From Mantamonas sphyraenae STR306 (lineage: Eukaryota > Protista > CRuMs), in contig JAPMXV010000017.1 of the NCBI GenBank assembly GCA_026936335.1, positions 240,456 to 304,455 of the forward strand: a stretch of 64,000 bases of DNA, read 5' to 3'. This document shows positions 43,374-52,547 of this stretch, one piece after another (within the stretch, counting starts at the first letter, position 1; each line of letters begins with the position of its first letter). Both the position numbers and the translations under genes were made by a program. The notes under the pieces are model-generated. The model worked only from the letters and a program-made list of their open reading frames with translations, was not told the origin of the DNA and did no database searches.

Positions 43374-45923
43374 ATGGCATGGGAGTTGCGCGGGAGAAAG
43401 GAACAAAACCCGGTGCCGGCGATGCATTCCAGTGGGAGAGCGAGAGTGCAGACGATGCAAACGGTGGCAATGCTGGTTGGGCTGGCGTGTGTGGGGCTGG
43501 TGGTGAACGGGTGTGCAGGGATGGAGGTGGAAGAGCGGCGGAGATATCGGGACGAGGCAGAGGCGCTGTTTGACTTTGGGTTCGAGTCGTACATGAAGCA
43601 CGCGTACCCCGCAGACGAATTGAAGCCTGTGAGCTGTGCGGGGAGGTACCGGGAGGCTGGGAATGGGCGAGGGTCGCTGGACGACGCGCTGGGCAACTAC
43701 TCGATGACGCTTGTGGACAGCATGGACACGCTGCTGGTGATGGGCAAAGGTGAGGCGTTTGTAGAGGCGGCGCAGAGGGTGGTAAAGGAGGTGCGGGTGG
43801 ATACGGCTGTGGCAGTGTCTGTGTTTGAGAGCAACATCCGCGTGCTGGGCGGGCTCTTGGCTGCACACGTGGCACTGCAGCCGGAGGACGGGCAGGCGAG
43901 CCGTGTGGACGCGTCGTGGTACAAGGGAGAGCTTCTGGAAATGGCGCAGTATCTGGGAGACCGGTTTGCAGGGGTGTTTGACACGCGTACGGGTCTGCCA
44001 CACTCGCGAGTGAATTTGGCGACGGGCCAAGTGCCTGGCGGGGACCAGCCGCTGACATGCACGGCGGGGGCAGGGACCCTTGTGTTGGAGATGGGGATGT
44101 TGTCACGACTGACGGGCAACACGACGTACTACGCGCTGGCGCGTCGTGCGCTTCTGCAGCTGTGGGCGATGCGGTCACCGGTGGGGCTGGTGGGCAACGA
44201 GCTGCACGTGACACAAGGACAATGGGTGCGACCAGAAGCGAGCATTGGGGCTGGAATCGACTCGTTCTACGAGTATCTGTTGAAAGGGGCGCTGTTGTTT
44301 GACGACTTGGAGCTGATGGAGACGTTTGCGGCGGCGTACGCGAGCGCAGAGGTGCACCTGCGGCGTGACGATGGGTGGTACAGCAAGGCCAACGCAGTGG
44401 ACGGATCTGCAATTCATGCAGGCACAGACTCGTTGAGTGCGTTTTGGCCAGGGATGCAGGTGCTGCATGGAGATGTGGCCAAAGCGGTGGTGTCGCACCT
44501 TCCGTATGCACGCGTGTGGAAGAGGTACGGCATGCTGCCCGAGACATTCCTTCCGCCCGCGGGAGACGTGATGGGTGGTGCGATGGGCTATCCGCTGCGG
44601 CCGGAGCTGGCCGAGTCGACGTGGCTGCTGTACGCGGCGACGCACGACCCGGTGTATCTGGAGGTGGGACGATGGATGCTGGACACGCTGGCGAATGTGA
44701 GCCGTGTGAAATGTGGGTTTGCGTCGTTCAACAATGTCAACACGCCGAGCAACAGAGACGACCGCATGGACTCGTTTGTGCTGAGCGAGACGTTGAAGTA
44801 TCTGTACCTGCTGTTTGACATGGACGTGCACGGTAGACAAGAGTGCGGCAGGCAGGGCAAGTGTCTGGTGGACATGGACGATGTAATACTGACGACAGAG
44901 GGCCACGTGTTTCCGATGAGCGAGGCACATGTGGACACAGAAGGGGAGCTGGGATGGGAAGAGTATGCGTGCGAGGCGCTGAACCAGCCGCTGCAGTGGA
45001 GTGATGTGGTGGAGCCACTGGTAGCAGACGATGAGGATGAGGATGTGGATGATGAGGAGGAGGAAGAGGACGAGGAGGCTGAGAAAAGGGTGGAGGAGGC
45101 GCAAGATCCAAGTGGGCAGGTGGTGCGCGGGCGGATGCTGGAACTGCGTGTGGGCAGGAGTGGAGTGAGCCTGAGGCGTCTGGGAGACTTGGATGACAGT
45201 GGGATGGTGTTGTACCTTCGGCCCAAGGGTCTCGGGGACGACGGGACGCCGAGCAGCATGGCGTTGTTTTCGAAAGACGGGCGGCAGATTGTAGAGGCGG
45301 AGGAAGCGATGGTGGACACGGCAACGCTGCGTGCGTATGATCCTGTGAATGTGAGGGTGATGTCGGGTGGAGAGCGGTCGTTTGAAGGGGTGCTGGCGAT
45401 GTTTGGGCGTGCGTTGGAAGAGAACCTGCCCGTGGAAGGATGGGCGGCGATGGCATCGCCTGGGCTGGCGTGCGAGGAGCTGGAGAATGGAGAGGCGCTG
45501 AAGGGTCGGGTGGCAGTGGTGGATCGTGGCGTGTGTACATTCCAGGAAAAGGCGAGGCAGGTGGAGAAACATGGGGCTGTGGCGATGCTTGTGTTGGACA
45601 ACGACGAAAGCAACGGGGTGCTGTTTACGCCAAGTGGAGACGATTTGGAAGATGATGTGTCGATTGCAGTGGTGATGGTGCAGCACCGTGCCGGGGTGGT
45701 GGTGAAGCAGCTGTTGCAGGAGGCGGCGGAGCGGAGGGTATCGTTGCGACTGGAAGGACAGGGAAGGAGGGCGCATCTGGATGTGAGCGCGGTGCAGTTG
45801 ACGCTGATTGCACAGGGAGAGCCAAGCGCGTACGTGTTTAGCATGCCGGTGGTGAACAAGGCGTTTGATGCGCTGATTGGGGACGGGGTGCCCGAGGAGA
45901 GCGAGCTGGAGGACGCGGAGTGA
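43374..45923 (+). CDS. EDEM-type GH47 alpha-1,2-mannosidase with PA domain (EDEM3-like)
   Basis: Motifs AYPADELKPVSC, VFESNIRVLGGLL, GAGIDSFYEYLLK, YPLRPELAES, MDSFVLSETLKYLYLLF, TTEGH; PA domain VDRGVCTFQEKA. The start may instead be 43422 or 43455. Confidence 0.93.
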   Translation: MAWELRGRKEQNPVPAMHSSGRARVQTMQTVAMLVGLACVGLVVNGCAGMEVEERRRYRDEAEALFDFGFESYMKHAYPADELKPVSCAGRYREAGNGRGSLDDALGNYSMTLVDSMDTLLVMGKGEAFVEAAQRVVKEVRVDTAVAVSVFESNIRVLGGLLAAHVALQPEDGQASRVDASWYKGELLEMAQYLGDRFAGVFDTRTGLPHSRVNLATGQVPGGDQPLTCTAGAGTLVLEMGMLSRLTGNTTYYALARRALLQLWAMRSPVGLVGNELHVTQGQWVRPEASIGAGIDSFYEYLLKGALLFDDLELMETFAAAYASAEVHLRRDDGWYSKANAVDGSAIHAGTDSLSAFWPGMQVLHGDVAKAVVSHLPYARVWKRYGMLPETFLPPAGDVMGGAMGYPLRPELAESTWLLYAATHDPVYLEVGRWMLDTLANVSRVKCGFASFNNVNTPSNRDDRMDSFVLSETLKYLYLLFDMDVHGRQECGRQGKCLVDMDDVILTTEGHVFPMSEAHVDTEGELGWEEYACEALNQPLQWSDVVEPLVADDEDEDVDDEEEEEDEEAEKRVEEAQDPSGQVVRGRMLELRVGRSGVSLRRLGDLDDSGMVLYLRPKGLGDDGTPSSMALFSKDGRQIVEAEEAMVDTATLRAYDPVNVRVMSGGERSFEGVLAMFGRALEENLPVEGWAAMASPGLACEELENGEALKGRVAVVDRGVCTFQEKARQVEKHGAVAMLVLDNDESNGVLFTPSGDDLEDDVSIAVVMVQHRAGVVVKQLLQEAAERRVSLRLEGQGRRAHLDVSAVQLTLIAQGEPSAYVFSMPVVNKAFDALIGDGVPEESELEDAE

Positions 45924-45970
45924 GGCAAATCAAACACGCAGTTTGTGTCAAGAGACGTAGAGTGCACGGG

Positions 45971-47254
45971 ATGTCGGAGAGTGTTGCATCGTCGCATTCT
46001 CATGTGGGCAGTGTGGCAAGCGCGGCGACAAAGGACGGAGACGTGCTGAGTTCGTACAGCGTGCCTCTGAGCGCCATGAGCATTTCGGGAGGATATACAC
46101 AGCCTCCGGAGAAGTACAAGGAGGAGTTTGAGCTGAACCACATCCGGGATACGCCGCTGTGGATGCGGTGGAACCCGAACGTGCATACGCACTATCGCGT
46201 GCACTTTTCGTGGTGGCTGAGCTTCAAGAGCATCTTTCGGCTGCACAACGAGACGCTGAACATCTGGACGGCGCTGCCGGGTAGGTTGTGGGAGGGTGTG
46301 TAGGGCGGTGAGGAAGGGGACGGGTGGGGCGCGTCGGAGGGTTTGTTTTCGGCGTTTTGACACGTGGGCGAGCGGGGTGTCGCGCGGCACGCAGGGATCT
46401 TTGTGTTTGTGTACGCGGCAGTGGACTTGATCATGGCGTGTGAGGCACAGGAGGACTGTCCGACAAGCCTGAAGGTGTACTTTGTGCTGTTCCCCGGCGG
46501 GGCGGCGGTGTGCATGCTTGCGTCGACGTACTACCACACGGTGCTGTGCCGTGACCACCACACGTACCACGCGGGACTGTTTTGCGACTTTATGGGTATC
46601 ACGACCGTGATTGTGGGATGCTTCTTCCCTCCGATTGCCATGTCGTACGTGTGCCTGCCGTTCTGGCGGAACGTGTACCTGGGCATGATCACGGCGCTGG
46701 GCAGCGTGGCTGTGGTAGGCCCTTGGTTTGCGTGGTTCCATAGCCCACGCACAAAGTGGTTCCGCAACGGCCTGTTTGTGCTGATGGGCGGGAGCGGGAT
46801 GGCGCCGATTCTGCACTCTGTGCTGTGGTTCCCGGACGAGCCGCTGGTGGACTACATCGAGATGCTGCTGTTGCTGCAGTATGTGGCGTTTGGCGTGGGT
46901 CTGTTCTTTTACCTGACGCAGTATCCGGAAAGCAAGTACGCGGGCGAGTACGACGTGTTTGGCGCGTCGCATCAGTGGTGGCATTTGTTTGTGCTGATGG
47001 GCCTGTACATGCACACGACGACATGTCGCAACATGTTTCTGCGCTGGGTGGAAATGCACGACAGCTGTGATGCATTTACGGCAGCGTACGAAAGCGGGGC
47101 GCCGATGCCGGACCCGAAGGGCACGGACGGGGTCGTGGGATACCACGGGACCGTGGCTTGCGTGGCGGTGATGGTGGTGACGGTTGTGTTTTGGGTGTGT
47201 GTGGAGCTGTGGAAGCGTGGGCGTGGAAAGAAGCAGGAGGAGAAGGCGGAGTGA
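45971..47254 (+). CDS. PAQR/adiponectin-receptor (haemolysin-III) family membrane protein
   Basis: Exons 45971-46280 and 46395-47254. Motifs SIFRLHNETLNIWT, STYYH, DFMGI, PES..G.YD.FGASHQWWH. Confidence 0.9.
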
Positions 47255-47273
47255 AAGCCAAGAAAACATCATC

Positions 47274-47684
47274 ATGGTGAGTGCGTTGGTGCTGTTGTCG
47301 CGTTCGGTGCACATTGGGTCGATGGCGGTGCTGGCAGGATCGTCGTTTGTGAGCGTGTTTCAGGAGCTTGCGCTGCCGAAGCACACGTACACGGTCGCAG
47401 CTGTGCTCTCGCTGCTCTCTGGGCTGTTCAACGCGCATGCAGCGCAGCCGAAGCGTATGGAGGAGCGTGCGCGGACGTGGCGCATGGTGATTTATGGGCT
47501 CAAGGTGTTGTTGTGGCTGGGGATGTCGCCGCTGCTGGACGTCGTTTTGGCAAAGGCGGGTCTGACGGGGAAGAAGGCGGAGATCCGGACCGGGTTGTGT
47601 GGCGTGTTGATTGTGGTGTCTGGGTATGCGCGTTACTTCCGTGAGGAGGCTGTGGCGGCTGTGGAGGCGGGGAAGGAGAAATGA
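47274..47684 (+). CDS. Small four-TM hypothetical membrane protein
   Basis: 136-codon ORF (MVSALVLLSRSVHIG...) with four hydrophobic segments. Confidence 0.6.
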   Translation: MVSALVLLSRSVHIGSMAVLAGSSFVSVFQELALPKHTYTVAAVLSLLSGLFNAHAAQPKRMEERARTWRMVIYGLKVLLWLGMSPLLDVVLAKAGLTGKKAEIRTGLCGVLIVVSGYARYFREEAVAAVEAGKEK

Positions 47685-47699
47685 AGAGAGGGTTGACGT

Positions 47700-47729
47700 T
47701 GGAAGGAGGGGGGGTGGAGGGGTGTGGGT

Positions 47730-47760
<31 letters not shown>

Positions 47761-47780
47761 AGGAGGAGGGGAGAGAGGGA
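47700..47780. repeat. Poly-G tract (29 G at 47732-47760) in a G-rich convergent intergenic region; G-quadruplex-capable
   Basis: Seen directly. A 16-G run also lies in the RNF intron at 38030-38045. Confidence 0.85.
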
Positions 47781-47785
47781 ACGGT

Positions 47786-48740
47786 TTACTGCTCGCTGTG
47801 CTGGAGCATCCACTCAAAGTGGTCGCGCAGAAAGGTGCCAACAAACATGAAGCCGTGGTCGTAGCCGTCTTCCTCACGGATCTCGACAGAGATGTTGTCG
47901 TTCTGGTTGACGGCGTCGCGGTAGTGGGCGAGGCGGAGTTCGTCCTCGTCGCGGTTGGCCCACTCGTCGGCAGTGCCCTGGGAAACGAGAAAGTGGAGAT
48001 CGGGCCCGGCGTAGGTGCGGGTGATCTCGGTGGCGTCGTAGGCATCGGCTTCGTTCTCTGGGTCTGCAAGGTAGCCTGCAATGGCCTTGCGGCCCCAGGG
48101 GCCCTTGAGGGAGCTGATGGGAGAGAAGGCGGTGCAGACGCGGAAAAGCTCTGGGTTGCGCATGGCGATCATCAGCGAGCCGTGGCCGCCCATGGAGTGG
48201 CCGGAGATGAAAAGGCGAGAGTCGTCGAGGAGAGGCTCTGCGCGGATGACGTCGATGATGTCCTTGGTGATGAAGGAGTACATGTTGAAGTGCTTCTTGT
48301 AGGTGTCGGAGGTGGCGTCCATGTAGAAGCCAGCGCCCTGGGCAAAGTCCCAGTCGTCGCTGTCGGGGACGTCTTCACCGCCTGTGCGTGGGTGCGGGGA
48401 CGGGTCGGAAGGGTGAGGGAAAGGGGGGTGGGAAGGGGGACGGGTGTGGAGAGAGGGCAAACTTACGCGGGCTGGTGTCTGGGTTGACGACAGCAAGGCC
48501 GAGCTCGGCTGCGTAGCGTTGGAAGCCGCTCTTGACCATAAAGTTCTGCTCGGTGCAGGTGAGGCCCGAGAGAAAGAGGAGGGTGGGGACGGGCTTGCCC
48601 TCTTCGGCGGCGGGCGGAAGGTAGAGGCCGTACTTCATGTAGCACTGGGTGGTGTCACTCCAGATCTTGTAGACGTACTGGTAGCCGCCGAAGCACTTGT
48701 GCTTCTCAACTTGTTCGGGCTGGGTGGACTTTTCAGACAT
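47786..48740 (-). CDS. ESD: S-formylglutathione hydrolase / esterase D
   Basis: Exons 48740-48467 and 48381-47786. Motifs KCFGG, LSGLTCTEQNF, PDTSPRG, GAGFYMDAT, GHSMGGHG, GYDH. Confidence 0.95.
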
Positions 48741-48840
48741 GTGGGGTTTTCGTGTGGCCCGCAGCGGGAGGCATAGAAAAGGGCCTCCAGGAAACCTCGT
48801 GGAGAGGGTGTGTTTGCGGAAAGGGACAGTGTGTGTGGCA

Positions 48841-49857
48841 ATGAGCGAACGCAGCCATAGCCTGTCCTGGTTGGAGCTGTTGCCGACGCGAGTGCTGCTG
48901 CGGCACGTTTTGCCGAAACTGCGGCTTGCGGACGCGTGCGCACTTGCACAGGTGTCGCATGCGCTGCACGAGGTGTGCATGATGGCAAGTTCGCCGTTGT
49001 ACCGGTCTATTGACCTGAGTGCGTCGTTTGGGAGGCTGAGCATCGACTGCGTGCGGAGGCTGGGGCCGCGGCTGCAGGAGACGCAACGGCTGCGGATATC
49101 GGGCAACAACAGGGTGACGGACAACACCATGCGCGACGTGGCGGCGTATTGTCCGTCGCTGACGGAGTTGGATGTGTCGACGTGCATCTTTGTGACGGAG
49201 GAGGGAATCCGAGCGGTTGCAGAGGCGCTTGGCACACGGCTGGTGTCGCTGGACATCAGCAGCAGCGTGCAGGTGCGTGCAAGCGTGGCAGAGGCGCTGG
49301 ACGGGTGCAGTGAGATGCACACGCTGATTGCAGGAGGATGCGGGTTCAACGACGCGGCGGTGGATCGGTTTGCGATCTTTCACAGCGATTTGCAGGTGCT
49401 GGATCTGTCTGGGTGCAGGGGCATTACGGACAGAAGCATGCAGTCGCTGCACGAGCGTGGGACGCCCGGGGCTGTGCGGAAGCTGATTCTGGCGGGCTGT
49501 TCGTCGCTTTCGAACAAGACGGCGCGGGTGCTGGCCAGCGGCAAGTGGGAGTCGCTGGAGGAGCTGAATCTGTTGGATTGTGTGCGGATGGACTTTGAGG
49601 AACTGGAGGCCGTTCCCGTGGCGTGTCCGGCGCTGCAAAAGATGCACTTTCCAGAAGGGTTTGTGTGGCCGTTTGCGGTGGAGGATGGAGGAGAGGAGGA
49701 GGGAGAGGAGGAGAGGAGTAGCAGTGGCGGAGAGCGTGTTCAGGAGAAGAGGAAGAGAAAGGGAGGTGGCGGGGCGGCGTTTTCGGCGCGGTTGGCCAAG
49801 AAGACTGGGTTTGGGAAGGGAAGGAGTGTGCGAAAGGGGGGGCGCAAGAGGGAGTGA
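48841..49857 (+). CDS. F-box/LRR-repeat protein with basic C-terminal tail
   Basis: F-box LELLPTRVLL..LPKL..CALAQVS; LRRs LTELDVSTCIFVT and LQVLDLSGCRGIT; KRKRK tail. Confidence 0.82.
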   Translation: MSERSHSLSWLELLPTRVLLRHVLPKLRLADACALAQVSHALHEVCMMASSPLYRSIDLSASFGRLSIDCVRRLGPRLQETQRLRISGNNRVTDNTMRDVAAYCPSLTELDVSTCIFVTEEGIRAVAEALGTRLVSLDISSSVQVRASVAEALDGCSEMHTLIAGGCGFNDAAVDRFAIFHSDLQVLDLSGCRGITDRSMQSLHERGTPGAVRKLILAGCSSLSNKTARVLASGKWESLEELNLLDCVRMDFEELEAVPVACPALQKMHFPEGFVWPFAVEDGGEEEGEEERSSSGGERVQEKRKRKGGGGAAFSARLAKKTGFGKGRSVRKGGRKRE

Positions 49858-49883
49858 AGGAAGGATTGTTGATGATGAGTAGT

Positions 49884-51834
49884 TTATGTGTCGTCGGGGA
49901 TCCACTTCCACATGGGGCCGCGGGTGTACTTGACTTTTTGGATGATGCCTTCGGCGAGGGCGAGGTTGAAGAGGTCGCGGTAGCGGCGGGTTAGGGTGGA
50001 CAAGGTGGACAGGGGTAGTGCCCTGCGTTTGCCAAAGACGGCGACCTTGAGCTCGCGGCGAGTCTGCGGGGTGAGGGTTTGGGAGGGGGAGGGGGAGGTG
50101 GTGGTGCTGGTGGTGGTGGTGGTGGATGATACAGTGGGAGAAGGGGTGGGTGTCTCGTCGCGGCCTTGGAGTTTCTTGACAGCGCGGAGGAGCTCGAGAG
50201 GGGTCATGTTGGAGACGTCGAGGGTGGATTTGATGTCGTCGGGAGTGGGTCGGTCTTTGACGATGGAGAGGGGCTTGGGACGGAGGAGAGCCTCTGCAGC
50301 AGCTGTGGATGTGATGGTGGTGGTGGTGGTGCTGGTTTGGGGTCGCGGGACGACGATTGTCTTTTCAGAGGGCGCAGGCTCGACATAGCCTGTGGAGAGG
50401 CGCTTGGCGAGCTTGGTGCGCAGGAGCTTGTTCTGGGCAGGGGTGTTGGGTACGAGGTGGAGGAGGATGTCTGCGCCGAGGGCACGGCGGATCATGGCAA
50501 GCTCGTCGGCGTCCTTGCGGGGCATGGAGATGGGCGCAGTGCTCTTGCGTGCGCGGAGGACATTGGCAGCAGCAAGGCATTTGTCAAAGACGGCCAGGGC
50601 ACGCTGGTGCGCCGAGGTGAGGGTGGAGGAGAGGTCGGACGAGGAGGACGAAGAGGAGACAGCTGCGCGGCGCTTGCTCTGGGCGACGAGGGCCTTGGCC
50701 TGGTCGAGCGTGGTGCGGGGGCGCGGAAGGTGTTCACGGACGCCCTTGTGGAGGAGGCGCTTTGCAGCATCGCGGCGTTCGGCAAAGCCAAAGAGATCGA
50801 CAGTTTTGGGCTGGTCGAGGACGAGAAAGTCATGGTCGTCGGTGTCGTTGTCGCAGGGGTCGTCTTGGTCGTCGTCGATGTCGCCGTGGGAGTCGGAGGG
50901 GGGCGGGTTGTCGTCGGCGTCGGCGTCAAGATCGTCGTCGTCAAATGTGAGGCGTCGGCCTAAATGCGAGCCAGGGAGGCCTGGCTTGAGGCGCTGGCGC
51001 TTGTCGAGATTGTCCGTGTTGTTGGGACTGATGTGTTTGTGGCTGCTGAGGACGGGCGGTTGGTTGTTTTGCAGCTTGACGAGGTGGGGCTGGCCGCGGA
51101 CGGGGCTGGCCTTTGTTGCCTGGGACCGAGCATCGATAAGCGGGTCGAGGAGGAGGGTGCGGCTGCGTGCAGCGTCAAAGGCGTTGCGTGCTTGCTCGGT
51201 GGCGTTGGCGGCGGTGCTGTGGAGGAGGATTTCCTGTGCATGGAGGCGGCTGGGGCGGAGAGGGGAAGAGGAGGAGGAATCGACACGTTGACGCTTGGTG
51301 TCCGGGGAGGGCCGTGTTGCTTGGCAGTTTGTGGAAAGGTGGTGCGGGCGCGGAGGACGGGCTGGTTGAGGATGGGAGGGGTCACGCTCCATTGTGCGGA
51401 GAGAGCATCGTCGCGGGAAGGTGCTGGTGGGGTGTGGAAGGGTGAGGTCGTTCATGAGGTTGTTGTTGATGTTGGTGTGACGTGGGACGCACGACTGTGG
51501 TAGCCTATGGTAAGCCGACATCAGTAATCAACTTCGCCTTAGGGCTGGACTTGGACGGTTTGGATGGGCTCAAGGTGTACAACTACAGCTCCAACGCCAG
51601 TATCTTCAAGGACAACGAAGCAGCTCTTGTGGAGTTATCCCGCGTCGTCCCAGACGTCAGAATTGGAAGGAATTCTTGGTGCTGTGGAGTTTCAGAAAGT
51701 TACAACACGCATTTTGGCAGTTTGTGCGAGCAAGTTGTGGTGCGGGCGACGGCAGGGGATGGGGCGGATTTTGCTTTTTGCAGGGACGTGGCCGCGCGCT
51801 TGGATCGGGTCACGTAGCGGTCCATGCTGCTCAT
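49884..51834 (-). CDS. Low-complexity nuclear protein, possibly a divergent CDT1 licensing factor
   Basis: The main ORF 49884-51521 is clearly coding. A proposed exon 1 (51834-51704, MSSMDRYVTRSKR, PIP-degron-like) joins in frame through intron 51505-51703. CDT1-like segments LAVFDKCL..VLRARK and VFGKRRALPL are weak. Confidence 0.45.
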
Positions 51835-52054
51835 TGGGGTGTCGCCAGGAGGAGAGAGTGACAAAACGTGCGGGCTTCGGTGGTGGTGGACTTGGCAATC
51901 GTGGTGGTGGTGGTGTGTGGTGGTGGAGATTGCAGCTGAACTCGGCCAGGTTGGGTTGGAGGGTGCGTGGGCGAGCCCGCAAGAGTGTCCCACGTGCCGC
52001 ACAGCAGTGATGGGGCGACTGCCGTTGTATTGAATGAAGCCAGATTCACCGCCG

Positions 52055-52525
52055 TCACTGTGGATCCTTGGGCAGAGTCTGCTTACGCGCCTGGACGGCC
52101 GCATACTCGTCTGCGAAAGCATCGGCGGCCGCAAGCTCCGCCTCGAGGGCCACCTTGAGCTGGTTGAGGGCATTGACGCGCCCACTCTGCTGCTCGCTCT
52201 TGCGCGCCACCTGCAAAAGCATGTCTTTTGTGTACAAGTCCGGGTTCATGCCTGCGTCGACGACGCCGACCAGGTCAGTGGGCACCTTCATACCGTCCGC
52301 AAGCGTGTCACGCTGGGCATCGAGAGAGGCGTAAGCATCCACCAAATCCTTGAGTTTGGCCTCGTAGGTGCGTGTGGTCTCGTCGTCGTCCTTGTAGTCC
52401 TCGACAATGACGCTCAGGCTGTACAGGTTGTTGATGATTGCGTCGAGACTCTGCTCGAGGTCCAGCGGGGCATCCGCAGAGGACGAGGAAGAAGCAGCAG
52501 GCGCCGACGATGAAGACAATGACAT
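52055..52525 (-). CDS. MED10: Mediator subunit 10
   Basis: Med10 signature LEQSLDAIINNLYSLSVIVEDY...VPTDLVGVVDAGMNPDLYT. Confidence 0.88.
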   Translation of the reverse strand: MSLSSSSAPAASSSSSADAPLDLEQSLDAIINNLYSLSVIVEDYKDDDETTRTYEAKLKDLVDAYASLDAQRDTLADGMKVPTDLVGVVDAGMNPDLYTKDMLLQVARKSEQQSGRVNALNQLKVALEAELAAADAFADEYAAVQARKQTLPKDPQ

Positions 52526-52547
52526 GGGCGCGCACTCCGAGGCAACT

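Noticed and set aside
38025-49996. Isolated GGTTAGGG units at about 38025 and 49988 as interstitial telomeres
   Set aside because: Single units are expected by chance in G-skewed DNA.
51530-51550. GCCCTAAG (minus strand) as a telomerase RNA template
   Set aside because: Does not contain the CTAACCCTAA-type template of about 1.5 repeats.
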